Shown: positions 10,625-20,661, counted from the first letter of the stretch. The stretch is 64,000 nt of DNA from Promethearchaeota archaeon (GCA_048938105.1 JBHLMN010000014.1:1-64000); one strand, 5' to 3'. Notes: generated by a model not told the origin, from the sequence alone. Program-made: numbers and translations.

Positions 10625-11680
10625 CTATGCTTTTTTATAAGAAAATAGTACACCTAAAGCATATGCTGCGGCATGTGATGCTCTCAGAGGTTCTGATGTT
10701 TGAATACCAATGCGAAACATAGGGATTTTTTTTCTTACAAACAATGGAAGCCCCGTTTCTTCATTGCCAAAAATAAGACTAACATCTTTTCTTTCTGAAG
10801 TAGATGATTTAACACGTTCAATGAATTTTGGTAATTCGTTTACATGAGTTGTTCCCCATAATGAGAAACCAAAGCAGTTTTCCTCGTATTTATCAAGAAA
10901 TTTACTTAATGAGGAAGTTATGTGGTACTCAATTTTATCTAATCCCTTATAATATCTTTCTCTTACTTTTTTTATCAAGTCATTTGCACGATTATTTTCG
11001 TCAGTAATGATAACAGGGATTGAGAAAGCTAATCCTAAACGAAAGAAATCAGCTACTTCCTGTGCCGTAAAAGGTGAATATAGTACTAATTGGGGAAGAG
11101 AATTGTTATAAATAACTTTTGGAGAGATAATTGGAGAAAATTTCCTTCCTATCCTACATTGGATGATAGGAGTATTAGTCTTTTTATCAGCTTTTTTATT
11201 AAATGCTTCCAAGTACAATACAAAATTACTTTTTTCTAAATACTTTATATTTCTCTTTTTTAATCTATCTATGATAGCCTTCCTATGGAAGGGTACTTTT
11301 CCTATACTAACAAACTCGAGATTGAATTCTGAAGTCTCATTTGTCTTTAAATATGTCGTAAGAACCCTAATTAGCATATTTAAGGATTTAGATTCCCAAT
11401 TATACATATCTGTAGTAATAATAACTGCACTAACAAGACCAGGCTTTTTTAAAAGCGCTCGGACATATTGTTCTATATTTAAAGATGGACTACCTGTAGT
11501 TTTCAACCCAAGCTTAACAATTAATCTATTCTTTGGAGCCCATTTATCATTTCTAACCTGAACTACATTAATAAATTGATTGGAGCTTTTCTTTATTTCA
11601 TTAGAGATTTCAACCTGCTCTTGAGGAGTGATAAATCGAGCTAGCTTAACGAGTAGGTACATAGTAGAAAAATCCATCAT
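10625..11680 (-). CDS. SPOUT (TrmH/SpoU-like) methyltransferase-fold protein with an uncharacterised N-terminal region
   Basis: C-terminal LIFGNEETGLP and PLRASHAAAYALG resemble SPOUT motifs 2 and 3. Confidence 0.6.
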   Translation of the reverse strand: MMDFSTMYLLVKLARFITPQEQVEISNEIKKSSNQFINVVQVRNDKWAPKNRLIVKLGLKTTGSPSLNIEQYVRALLKKPGLVSAVIITTDMYNWESKSLNMLIRVLTTYLKTNETSEFNLEFVSIGKVPFHRKAIIDRLKKRNIKYLEKSNFVLYLEAFNKKADKKTNTPIIQCRIGRKFSPIISPKVIYNNSLPQLVLYSPFTAQEVADFFRLGLAFSIPVIITDENNRANDLIKKVRERYYKGLDKIEYHITSSLSKFLDKYEENCFGFSLWGTTHVNELPKFIERVKSSTSERKDVSLIFGNEETGLPLFVRKKIPMFRIGIQTSEPLRASHAAAYALGVLFSYKKA

Positions 11681-11753
11681 TTATTATAGATGGGATGAGA
11701 AAATATATTCAACTTTCTATAAGATATTGGTTATTAAATTTTTGATTCAGAGG

Positions 11754-12146
11754 TTAGAAAATTCTAGTAATTGTTTGTATACTATCAAATCCCTTATCGA
11801 AGCTCATTAGTTCTTTTATATTTAAATTTTCAGAAAACCAAGCAATATTAGCGTCTGTAAGACTTAGATGAATATGTTTCATTAAAATTGTCTTTGTATT
11901 GGAAAGGGTGAGGAAGTTGTTAAATAGAATAGTTATCTTTGGACTTTCAAGGAACATCACAAGAGTATCTAGCGCAGCAGAAAAAGATACTTTTCTTAAC
12001 AAAAAATTATAGGTTTCGTTAATAATTAAATCTGTTACATAGATTTTATCTAATTTTAGAATTTGATTCTTTAACTTTTGTGCGTTTTTATGCCATTGAT
12101 CTTTCTTTGATGCTAAAGCAATCCATACTACGCTATCAATCAACAT
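11754..12146 (-). CDS. vapC: PIN-domain toxin (VapC family)
   Basis: LIDSVVWIAL..KDQWH, IINET, LSLTDA and SFDKGF PIN acidic motifs. Confidence 0.92.
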   Translation of the reverse strand: MLIDSVVWIALASKKDQWHKNAQKLKNQILKLDKIYVTDLIINETYNFLLRKVSFSAALDTLVMFLESPKITILFNNFLTLSNTKTILMKHIHLSLTDANIAWFSENLNIKELMSFDKGFDSIQTITRIF

Positions 12147-12418
12147 TACTGGACCACATCATGATCTTTAACAGCATCAGTAACCAATTCACTATCATAT
12201 GGATTATTTATCCAGTTTAATAAAACATCTTTTCTACCAGATTGAGTTTTAGTCTTATATTCTTTTATAAAATCATCAAAATGATTGATAACATAATCAG
12301 TAATTGATTCACTTAATTCTACTTGACTTATATCAATACCAATTTGTTTTAATTGGTATTGAATATCTTTTAGTTTTCGAAGTTCGGTTTCAGAAACTCT
12401 TCTAGTCGTAGACTTCAA
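12146..12418 (-). CDS. Putative antitoxin (VapB-like, RHH-type N terminus)
   Basis: 90 aa, directly upstream of vapC with a TAATG stop/start overlap and an acidic C-terminal tail. Confidence 0.75.
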   Translation of the reverse strand: MKSTTRRVSETELRKLKDIQYQLKQIGIDISQVELSESITDYVINHFDDFIKEYKTKTQSGRKDVLLNWINNPYDSELVTDAVKDHDVVQ

Positions 12419-12681
12419 TTTACCTCGTTTAAAGTAGACCCTGAATATTTTATAAAGCTTACTACAAAATTACAACATTGACTACAATACTACAGCAAAA
12501 TAATTTTTCATTAAACGTTAGTAAAAGAAAAAAATTAATTAGAAGGTAATCAATAACATATTGAAATCTCTATAAATAAGTTCTTTATTGATCTAGTTAA
12601 AAAGATAAATTGATCACTTACAGAAGACAGAGGAGATGACTTTTTACGATAGAGGATGAATTATTACATCTCTTATTTAGC

Positions 12682-13248
12682 GTGTGTTTCTTAATTTTTC
12701 TATTTGAAAGAGGGTACTTTCAATCAAAAGCAATGAAAACATCAGGTGAATTAGCTAAATATAAAACAAAGAAATGGTCTTTGGTTTTACTCATTACAAT
12801 TCTCATTATTGCTCAGATATGGGTGCTAGGATCTTTCATTTTTATTATAAACCCGATGTTTTTGAATTGGTCATCATTTTATTCTCCATTATGGATAAGA
12901 TGGATAGGGGTAATTCTTACAGTTCTAGGAATATGTATTGAGTTTTCAACTCAGCTTTATTTAGGTAGAAACTACTCAACTTTATTACATATTCGTGAAG
13001 AACAATCTTTGATAACCACAGGTCCATATCGTTATATTAGACATCCAATGTATGTAGCTCTGATCACTGTAGGTATTGGCATGACTTTTTTATCGGCGAA
13101 CTGGTATTTTGGATTGCCCTTTATTGCTGTAATCGTAGTTATCTTTTTTAGAATCAAGAAAGAAGAGGAAGTAATGATTGACAAATTTGGGGAAGAATAT
13201 ATCCACTATATGAAGAGAACTAAGCGATTCATTCCATTTTTAATTTAA
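12682..13248 (+). CDS. Isoprenylcysteine carboxylmethyltransferase/PEMT family membrane protein
   Basis: LITTGPYRYIRHPMY and RIKKEE..M..KFGEEY..Y...T.RFIP. Start uncertain. Confidence 0.9.
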   Translation: MCFLIFLFERGYFQSKAMKTSGELAKYKTKKWSLVLLITILIIAQIWVLGSFIFIINPMFLNWSSFYSPLWIRWIGVILTVLGICIEFSTQLYLGRNYSTLLHIREEQSLITTGPYRYIRHPMYVALITVGIGMTFLSANWYFGLPFIAVIVVIFFRIKKEEEVMIDKFGEEYIHYMKRTKRFIPFLI

Positions 13249-13355
13249 AAAGAGAATGTAGGTATTTCAAATAATTTTACAGAGATATCCTATATTAGAA
13301 AACTTAACGATTCTCTACTTTATCGATCCTTACTTAACACATTATGCCATTGTTA

Positions 13356-13940
13356 TTAGCCATTTATCTTAATAGCATTCCATGCTATTTCACAAGCTTC
13401 AGTAATATACTTCTCATCCATGTTAATCACCCCCTCAAAATGGAAATTTAGTAAAGTGATTATTGGGAGAAAAGCGAAAGATGTCAGAAGTGGAATTGGG
13501 AGATCTTTGATGATCTGTTCTTTAATACCCCGCTGAAAGAGACTTTTGACGTAATTATGTAATTCAAAATCTTCATGATTGATGTTCTCCATCATTGGGG
13601 TCTGTTCGAATTTTACACGATAAATGACGTAATCAGGGTGGTTGAGATAATAGGAGAAGGAGTTATTCCAAATAGATTTGAAGATTTGTTCAACGTCCAT
13701 CTTTTCATTTATAACCTGTAATGCTCTAGTACTCATGTCAGTTCTTATTTTTGTATATAATTTTGTGAAGAGATCCTCTTTGTTCCTAAAATGAATGTAG
13801 ATTGTAGCTGGAGAGATGTTAGCTTGCTTAGCAATCTTTGAAATCGAAATACCAGTAAATCCTAACTCTTTTACCAGGTCAAGCGAAGCTTTAATAATGG
13901 CATTATATTTGGTTTGATCTTTAGGCCTCATTCTATGCAA
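13356..13940 (-). CDS. TetR/AcrR family regulator
   Basis: GFTGISISKIAKQANISPATIYIHFRNKEDL HTH. Confidence 0.95.
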   Translation of the reverse strand: MHRMRPKDQTKYNAIIKASLDLVKELGFTGISISKIAKQANISPATIYIHFRNKEDLFTKLYTKIRTDMSTRALQVINEKMDVEQIFKSIWNNSFSYYLNHPDYVIYRVKFEQTPMMENINHEDFELHNYVKSLFQRGIKEQIIKDLPIPLLTSFAFLPIITLLNFHFEGVINMDEKYITEACEIAWNAIKING

Positions 13941-13992
13941 AAATCTCCTTTAAGTTAAATTCATGAGAATTAGTCAGGAAAAGAAACATATA

Positions 13993-14053
13993 TAAGTGAA
14001 CGTTCATTCACTTAAAAATGAATCTGTCTGATGAGTGAACGTTCATTCACTTA
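13993..14053. promoter_or_regulatory. Two palindromic operator sites, probably bound by the adjacent TetR
   Basis: TAAGTGAA-CGTTCA-TTCACTTA (13993-14014) and TGAGTGAA-CGTTCA-TTCACTTA (14032-14053) in the divergent intergenic region. Confidence 0.85.
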
Positions 14054-14057
14054 ATAG

Positions 14058-14678
14058 GTGAAATCAATGAACCCGAAAGAATCTGAACAAACCAATAATG
14101 AAAGTTTAAAAGCGTCAGGAAAAGTCCTGATGAAACGTTTAATCTATATTAGCCTACCAATAGTGTTCATAACAGCTACTCTCGTGATAATTCTATTGGA
14201 ATTATCTGGATATCCTGGCTCCCTGGATGACACTCAGCTAGGATTTAGTGCTGAAATAATTAAAGGACATTTTGCCATGATGAAATCTGAGGATATGACA
14301 TTCTTTATTCTAGGAAATCTTGTGGATTATGCGTTTATGATCGCTTATGGCTGCTTCTTCTATAGTAGTGCGAGATATCTAGCATGGGACTATCAACATG
14401 GGAGTTTACCTCTGAAATTAGGTAAAATGATTGGAAGGATTGGCATTTTATGTGCTATCTGTGATGCAATAGAAAATGTATTCCTCCTTTCAATGGCTAC
14501 TAATCCTGTGGGTTTCCCAAACTGGCTTGCTATAGCACATTCAACATTTGCACTGTGTAAATTCATCCTAATGTATCTGACTATAGGTTGGTTAATCCTT
14601 TCCTTCATTTTAAACCTGATTCTCTCCACATCAAAGAGAATAACCAGGAAAGTTCCAACTGATCATCCTATGAAATGA
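14058..14678 (+). CDS. Hypothetical 4-TM membrane protein
   Basis: Hydrophobic helices with a DYAF..Y / CDAIEN / K pattern. Confidence 0.75.
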   Translation: MKSMNPKESEQTNNESLKASGKVLMKRLIYISLPIVFITATLVIILLELSGYPGSLDDTQLGFSAEIIKGHFAMMKSEDMTFFILGNLVDYAFMIAYGCFFYSSARYLAWDYQHGSLPLKLGKMIGRIGILCAICDAIENVFLLSMATNPVGFPNWLAIAHSTFALCKFILMYLTIGWLILSFILNLILSTSKRITRKVPTDHPMK

Positions 14679-14790
14679 GATTAATGGAAAGAATTTTCAC
14701 CCTTCTATTTCTTTTTTCAAATCACTACCACTAATCAAGCTTTAATTTATTGCATTAGAAAAACAACATAATGAAAATCAGTGAAAAATT

Positions 14791-15483
14791 ATGAATGAAA
14801 CTTCTTCGGACTTAATTGAGACCATTACATTTAGAGATGTCAATTGTTACCTCCTTAAAACCAATGATGAGTTTATTTTGGTTGACAGTGGATTTTCTAA
14901 TCAACGTTCGAAAATTGAAAGTGCCCTCCATACTGCGGGTGTTCAACGTGGGATTCTCAGACTAATCTTATTGACTCATGGAGATTTTGACCATTCTGGC
15001 AATTGCGCGTATCTTCGTGACAAGTATCAAAGCAAGATAGCAATGCATAAAGACGATCTAGGGATGGTTGAGCATGGAGATCTCTTCTATTCTAGAAAAG
15101 GTAGTAATTTCATTATTCGAATACTTGCCAAGTTAATGTTACCTCTCTTCAGAATGAATCTGAAGAAAAAGGATCATTTTACCCCAGATATCTATCTCGA
15201 GGAAGGGGATGATCTTTCTGAGTATGGTTTTAATGCTCAAGTTGTTCATCTCCCTGGACACTCTAAGGGGTCTATTGCATTCCTCACAACTGGAGGAGAT
15301 CTATTTATTGGTGATTTACTGGAAAATAACAAGAAACATGGACCAGTTAAGTGCTCTCTGATCGATGACTCTTTGGAATTCAGTGCTAGTATCGATAAAT
15401 TGAAGTCCTTACCAATAATTACGGTTTATCCTGGTCATGGTGCCCCATTCCAGATGAAAGATTTCATAAAGAACTACCAATAA
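14791..15483 (+). CDS. MBL-fold metallo-hydrolase
   Basis: THGDFDH, PGHS, GD and PGHG motifs. Confidence 0.93.
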   Translation: MNETSSDLIETITFRDVNCYLLKTNDEFILVDSGFSNQRSKIESALHTAGVQRGILRLILLTHGDFDHSGNCAYLRDKYQSKIAMHKDDLGMVEHGDLFYSRKGSNFIIRILAKLMLPLFRMNLKKKDHFTPDIYLEEGDDLSEYGFNAQVVHLPGHSKGSIAFLTTGGDLFIGDLLENNKKHGPVKCSLIDDSLEFSASIDKLKSLPIITVYPGHGAPFQMKDFIKNYQ

Positions 15484-15529
15484 TTCGATATCATCAACTT
15501 TCCTTTTTCGTTGGTTAATGCCCACCTGG

Positions 15530-15642
15530 TATATACTGATAGTTATTTTGGAGGAACTAAACTCTCATTCTAATTTACAAGAGAGAGTGCTAAATAGCTG
15601 TGCTAATTAGGAGATAAAACTTAAATCTCTTCGAATTAGATC
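15530..15642. repeat. Direct repeat copy 1 (remnant of the TetR 3' end plus its downstream region)
   Basis: Diverged copy of 19845-19956. The minus strand encodes DLIRRDLSFIS*, versus DLIRRDLTFTS* at the TetR end. Confidence 0.9.
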
Positions 15643-15769
15643 ATTTTAGAATATAGGATTTTACTCTCCGTGTATTTGAGAAGATCACAGTACTAATCAT
15701 CATTCCAAGAGCTACTCCAAAATAACTCATTTTATCACTTTATTTTCTTTCTTTGTTTTGGTTAAATAT

Positions 15770-16687
15770 TCAGATTTTCGTAGATGTCGCTTTTGCATAT
15801 TTAATTGCGTCTTGAGGACAAATTTCAACACAACGATTGCAATAATAACACTCTGTTTTGGTATTATTTCGATATGCCGCATGGCTAGGACAGATCCTTT
15901 CACATAAGCCACAATCTGTACATTCACTAGTACGAACATATCTCGCCCGACTAAATGATATTAATCCAGAAATAGCACCGAATGGGCAGAATAGTCGACA
16001 CCATGGGCGATAAAGAAAGAAACCACTTATTAAAATCCCTAATACGAAAAAAACTGAAATAATAACAAGGTCAGAAGACCTCGTTAAGAATTGAAATCCA
16101 GTGAAGGGATCTAAAAAAGGTGAAACAGATAATCCCCACAAAATTGCTGTTACTCCGAGAACGCCTAAATAAATCCAGCGGATAATTCTTAAAATCTTCT
16201 CTGGGGGATCGAAGTTAAACTTAACTTTTTTTTGTTCTTTTAAACTTAACTTAAAATTCACTTTGGACGCTAATTCTTGCATAGATCCAAGAGGACATAC
16301 ATAGCCGCAAAATATCCTGCTAAAGAATATTACTGAAGCAAGCATTATAGAAAGAACACCCAATGATGAGAGAAATAATGGAATGGACATAGATGTTGTT
16401 GGACTTAGATTAATGAGTAGTTGATTGATAGCGTTCACTGGGTTGGGTCTTCCACCTAATAAAACTCCAACACCAATAAAGGAAATTATGGATAAAGAAT
16501 AAGCCTTTTTTTTAGAAAGATTGGCTTTTCTTATTAAGATTAAAGCGATGATGAATATTGTTACCATCAATATAGGAGTTAGCAGCATTGTTAACGGATC
16601 AACTTGTTGTGAGGGGTCTTGAAGCAACATGTCCTTCATCTTTCCTTTCAAGAGACTCGTTTTATAAAGCCACACTTTAAAAGTCAA
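15770..16687 (-). CDS. Membrane 4Fe-4S binding protein (NapH/NosR/YccM-like polyferredoxin)
   Basis: FCGYVCPLG, WCRLFCPFG and two CxxCxxCxxxCP motifs. True start probably MKDML or MLLQD. Confidence 0.9.
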   Translation of the reverse strand: MTFKVWLYKTSLLKGKMKDMLLQDPSQQVDPLTMLLTPILMVTIFIIALILIRKANLSKKKAYSLSIISFIGVGVLLGGRPNPVNAINQLLINLSPTTSMSIPLFLSSLGVLSIMLASVIFFSRIFCGYVCPLGSMQELASKVNFKLSLKEQKKVKFNFDPPEKILRIIRWIYLGVLGVTAILWGLSVSPFLDPFTGFQFLTRSSDLVIISVFFVLGILISGFFLYRPWCRLFCPFGAISGLISFSRARYVRTSECTDCGLCERICPSHAAYRNNTKTECYYCNRCVEICPQDAIKYAKATSTKI

Positions 16688-16706
16688 GGTTGTGTGGTTT
16701 TGGGTC

Positions 16707-16892
16707 AGGTGATTTTTGTGTTTTTTCCTATAGTCAGGGTGCCTGCCACAATGACCAAGTAATCTGTACGCTTGCTGAAAACTCCATTCAACATAACTAA
16801 GCTTATAACGACAGATCCGACGCCTAAGAGGGCCAACGCCATGACAGCTAACACACCTGATACTTCAAGTGCAGGGTGGATAAAGAATAGAT
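16707..16892 (-). pseudogene. Fragment of a membrane protein gene (DUF4386-like)
   Basis: The frame reads ...VMALALLGVGSVVISLVMLNGVFSKRTDYLVIVAGTL... Family assignment is by recall only. Confidence 0.35.
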
Positions 16893-17091
16893 ACTCACTT
16901 CAATTGTTGTAATTCAAATTGTGCATTTTCCCAAGCCTCATAATCTCTAATACATGAATGAATTTTCTCATTAGTGATAGTTGGTTCCAAAAATATGTAT
17001 ATTGATTATATGATGCACTTTAACTTTGATTAACTCCCAGACTGATGGTACTGAAAAATTTACTTAAAATATCTTTATTAATGTTGGTTAT

Positions 17092-17931
17092 ATGTATAAA
17101 TATTTGATTGAGCTGAAATTTATGCGGAGAATTGGTTTTTCATTTCAGGTTAGTAGTAGGACTTTAATTGATATTGAAAAAGTTCTTACTGCAGGTTTTT
17201 CACATATTGAGTTAAAATGGGGTAATTTCACCTCCCAATCTGAACAAAAGAAAGCTATCACTTTTTTACAAACTCAGGCCTGGGGAGAAGTCACTCTTTC
17301 TCTTCATACGCCATTAAAAAACATTAATATTGGGTCTTTATCGGAAATTAAGCGGAAACAATCAGTCATCTGTGTAACCGAGGCAATTCACATAGCAAAA
17401 GAATTAGAAACTTCATTTGTTGTTGTACACGGGGGAAAGATCCCTGCTGGAATATCGAGAGATCAAGAATCAAGGCGTAAGGCATATCAAGCGCAATTAA
17501 AATCGATTCAAGAAATCAATTCATTCTGCAGAGAACAAGGGATAGTACTTGCCCTTGAAAATGGGTATTCAATAAAAGACTTAGGCTTGTTAACAACTAT
17601 TGATGAAATGGCTCAATTAGATGACCTTATTGATAATTTATCTTTTATTCTAGATATTGGCCATTTTATCCTCAATAATCCTTTATCAAATATCCAGTTA
17701 CAACTCAAAAAACATCCCTCCCTTCGATTTAGTGCCATTCATTTCCATGATAATAACCAAACCACTGATGATCATTTAGTACTAGGAAAGGGAATTCTTC
17801 TTCAGCATAAGGAAGAACTAAAAGCTATCCTCAAATCACTAAATGATTGTCCAATTATTATCGAAAATACAGGATTAAAAGCGTCTTTAATAACAAAGAC
17901 TCGTCTTCTTCAAAATGATCTTCTAAGCTAG
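17092..17931 (+). CDS. Sugar phosphate isomerase/epimerase (xylose-isomerase-like TIM barrel)
   Basis: SLHTP, VVHGG, LALEN, LDIGH, IHFHDN and DDHLVLGKG. Confidence 0.9.
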   Translation: MYKYLIELKFMRRIGFSFQVSSRTLIDIEKVLTAGFSHIELKWGNFTSQSEQKKAITFLQTQAWGEVTLSLHTPLKNINIGSLSEIKRKQSVICVTEAIHIAKELETSFVVVHGGKIPAGISRDQESRRKAYQAQLKSIQEINSFCREQGIVLALENGYSIKDLGLLTTIDEMAQLDDLIDNLSFILDIGHFILNNPLSNIQLQLKKHPSLRFSAIHFHDNNQTTDDHLVLGKGILLQHKEELKAILKSLNDCPIIIENTGLKASLITKTRLLQNDLLS

Positions 17932-18554
17932 CTTTGTTCAATATTTGGATCATTTTTCAATTGGATTATTCGAAGGAATACAGCCCCATGCGTTAGTATA
18001 GTAAGGAGAAGCAGGCAGAGAGGAATTGTCCAAGAAGTTAGAATGGAGCTTATTCCAGCGAGAAAAATAAGTAATAATCGCGTGTCTCGACCTTGAATTG
18101 TACGGGGGAAATGAAGATCGGTTTTAGTCTCCGCCTTAGCTGCAGTATAACTGACAAGAAAAGACCCTGACACGGTGGTCATGGCCAAAAGGAGAATCCA
18201 TGGGGCTGGAAGTAACTGCAATGAATAGTAAGCCATTGAAGTTATTACAGCAAAGTCAACATAACGGTCAAGAACTGAGTCAAAAAATCCTCCAAAAAAG
18301 GTTTCTTTTCCTGTAGCACGAGCTATTTCCCCATCAGATCCATCAATGATGCTTGAGGTCTGGATGAGAATTCCTCCTATTATTGGTTGATATCCTCCAA
18401 AGAAAACCGCTCCTATAAACCCAAGCATTGCTGAAATAAATGAAATCAGATTGGGGTCACAATTTGGCCAGATACGAAGGATACAGATGGATAAAGGGCG
18501 GGAAAAGCGTCTATTTATATATTGAGAAACTATTCCATCATTCTTCGCCGGCAA
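17928..18554 (-). CDS. CDP-alcohol phosphatidyltransferase, DIPP-synthase-like
   Basis: DGSDGEIARA...GGFFDSVLDRYVD signature and N-terminal DGIVSQYINRRFSRP. Confidence 0.88.
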   Translation of the reverse strand: MPAKNDGIVSQYINRRFSRPLSICILRIWPNCDPNLISFISAMLGFIGAVFFGGYQPIIGGILIQTSSIIDGSDGEIARATGKETFFGGFFDSVLDRYVDFAVITSMAYYSLQLLPAPWILLLAMTTVSGSFLVSYTAAKAETKTDLHFPRTIQGRDTRLLLIFLAGISSILTSWTIPLCLLLLTILTHGAVFLRIIQLKNDPNIEQS

Positions 18555-19400
18555 TTAATCATCTTCCACTTGGTGGTTCTTAGCTGCTCCTAGGTAAGCG
18601 ATGGAAGTAGGAGGACTGATTTGAGAAACTGTCACCAAGCTTAGATCTGATAAAGCGGGAGTCACGTAATCTATAAGTCGATCCTCTGCATGTTGTAAAT
18701 CTGTTAATGTATCAATATCTGCCCAATTACACCCAGAAACATCGATGCCTTCAACGAAATCCCGACACCGAATCATTTCAATAACTCCATCTGTAAGAGT
18801 AAGATATTTCTTAGAGAGCTGATTTAACCTCTGAAAAATTAAAGGAGAAACATAAAATAATCCTGTATCAAATGCAGTCCAATTTAATAGATTTTTGCCA
18901 ATTTGGATGATCCGATTTTTTTGATCTAATAAGACTTTAGTTGCATCATCTACTTGAATGGTTGGATCTGGGGTTGTGTCAATACATAAAGAGAGGTCAA
19001 ATTCCTTCTTAATACCCATTTTAAGCATTTGATATATTCTATCTTCAAAGAGATGATCACACATGGTTAAGAAAAAGGGCTCCGTAATAGAAGATTCCAG
19101 TGCGAGGAGGGAGTGTCCATTGCCCTGTTTATAGTTTGGTGCTTCTAGACAAACCAGTTCGCATGGGAATGAATCGTTCAATTGGTTAATATAGTCAGCA
19201 AGAATGTTTTTCTTATAACCAGCTACAACAAGGATTCTATCCAATTCTGGAAAGCTATCTATGATATTAAATAGTACATAATCGATGAGGGGTCGTCCCC
19301 CGAATTCTATCAGAGGTTTAGGGATAGAAGAGGTAATACTCTTGAATCGTGAGCCCAATCCAGCTGCTAGAATAACGAAAGTATCATTGAAAATGATCAC
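18555..19400 (-). CDS. NTP transferase, inositol-1-phosphate cytidylyltransferase (IPCT)-like
   Basis: ILAAGLGSRF..PKPL, GNGHSL, MCDH, DDATKV, DTGLF and WADIDT. Confidence 0.85.
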   Translation of the reverse strand: MIIFNDTFVILAAGLGSRFKSITSSIPKPLIEFGGRPLIDYVLFNIIDSFPELDRILVVAGYKKNILADYINQLNDSFPCELVCLEAPNYKQGNGHSLLALESSITEPFFLTMCDHLFEDRIYQMLKMGIKKEFDLSLCIDTTPDPTIQVDDATKVLLDQKNRIIQIGKNLLNWTAFDTGLFYVSPLIFQRLNQLSKKYLTLTDGVIEMIRCRDFVEGIDVSGCNWADIDTLTDLQHAEDRLIDYVTPALSDLSLVTVSQISPPTSIAYLGAAKNHQVEDD

Positions 19401-19844
19401 CTCAAGCTCTCAAACCATATTTTTAATTGAAATATTGAAAAATGTTCAGGAAGGGGTTTATGCGTTTGGTAATTTGGCCAGATCAAGATTTTTTCATCAG
19501 TTCTGTTTTTTTAACAGTCCAAACACTTCTATATGTACAGAAGATTGGTAAATTAAATTCTGATGCCATATTTTATTCCTTATTTAATTAAATTTGGTGA
19601 TTCTTTAATAAACTCCTTCAAAGAATTTAATTTTCCAATTCAGGTATGTATCTTAATATTTTTTGATGTAAATAAAAAATATAGATGCGAATATAATCGA
19701 AATCAATCCTCCTCAAGAGGAAAAATGATCAACACATGTTTACACCCTAAAATTTTAGGTGTATTCATTTTGATCAAGATTTACAAACTCTGTGAATAGA
19801 TTTTGAGGATAGCTTACGCCTTACGTTAATTATTGTACATCTAC

Positions 19845-19956
19845 TATATACTGATAGTTATTTTGGGGAAACCAAGCTCTCATTCTAATTTACGTAAAAG
19901 ATGTTAAATAATCATGCCAATTAGGAGGTAAAAGTTAAATCTCTTCGAATTAGATC
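19845..19956. repeat. Direct repeat copy 2 (overlaps the TetR stop codon)
   Basis: Shares TATATACTGATAGTTATTTTGG, CTCTCATTCTAATTTAC and TTAAATCTCTTCGAATTAGATC with 15530-15642. Confidence 0.9.
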
Positions 19957-20661
19957 TAGGATTGATGAAATTAGAAGCTCCCTAGTTAATTTTACTCTGG
20001 TTAAGGCCAATTGTTCCAATTTAAACCTATCAATCACCCCTAAAATCATCATAAAAATAAAGTGAACCAATTGATCTGGATTTAATGTATGTGTGATGGA
20101 TCTATCCGAAAATCCCTTTTCGATTGCATTTTTCCAATTCTTCTCGAACCTCCTCATTTCTTCTAAGTACTTGACTAAAATTATTGAAGATTGGTCTAAG
20201 TCAGTAACTTTTTTCTTACCAGTTTCTAGTTCTTTTATAATCACATGGGTTGGTACTTCTGCTTGACTATTCATTAAGAGATAACGACGAGTAATTTCAT
20301 GCGTGAGTGATGATTCTAGCTGGGTTCTTAACGAATCTTCAGTTAAAATCATGATTTGTTCTAATCCTGAATGGCCTGCCCCCAAAAGATCTTTGTGTTT
20401 GTTACTAAGGTCTCTTAGACAATTTATACCAATTTCAAAATAAATAGATTCTTTATTGTCAAAATGGTTATATAGGGTTGCTCTACTCAGGTCCGCGGCC
20501 TCTGATATTTCTTCCATTTTCACTTCTTCATATGGCTTTTTTTCAAATAATGTTTTTGCGGACTTAAGAATTTGATTTCGAGTTTTTAGATTTTTACGTT
20601 CTCTTCGTGTCATTTTTTTGCCATGTGTTGCACTAGATGCTGTTATATTATCATTTGCCAT
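19921..20661 (-). CDS. TetR/AcrR family regulator
   Basis: MEEISEAADLSRATLYNHFDNKE HTH. Confidence 0.93.
   Translation of the reverse strand: MANDNITASSATHGKKMTRRERKNLKTRNQILKSAKTLFEKKPYEEVKMEEISEAADLSRATLYNHFDNKESIYFEIGINCLRDLSNKHKDLLGAGHSGLEQIMILTEDSLRTQLESSLTHEITRRYLLMNSQAEVPTHVIIKELETGKKKVTDLDQSSIILVKYLEEMRRFEKNWKNAIEKGFSDRSITHTLNPDQLVHFIFMMILGVIDRFKLEQLALTRVKLTRELLISSILDLIRRDLTFTS

Noticed and set aside
12631-12682. Possible frameshift or phase variation at the T5 run upstream of the ICMT-family gene
   Set aside because: Removing one T would put the ATG at 12636 in frame, but the run is short and an alternative start or a sequencing error explains it equally well. Reads are needed.
13993-14053. 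CRISPR-like repeats
   Set aside because: Only two 20-22 bp copies with a 17-bp gap and no cas genes; better explained as TetR operators. No CRISPR array was seen in the window.
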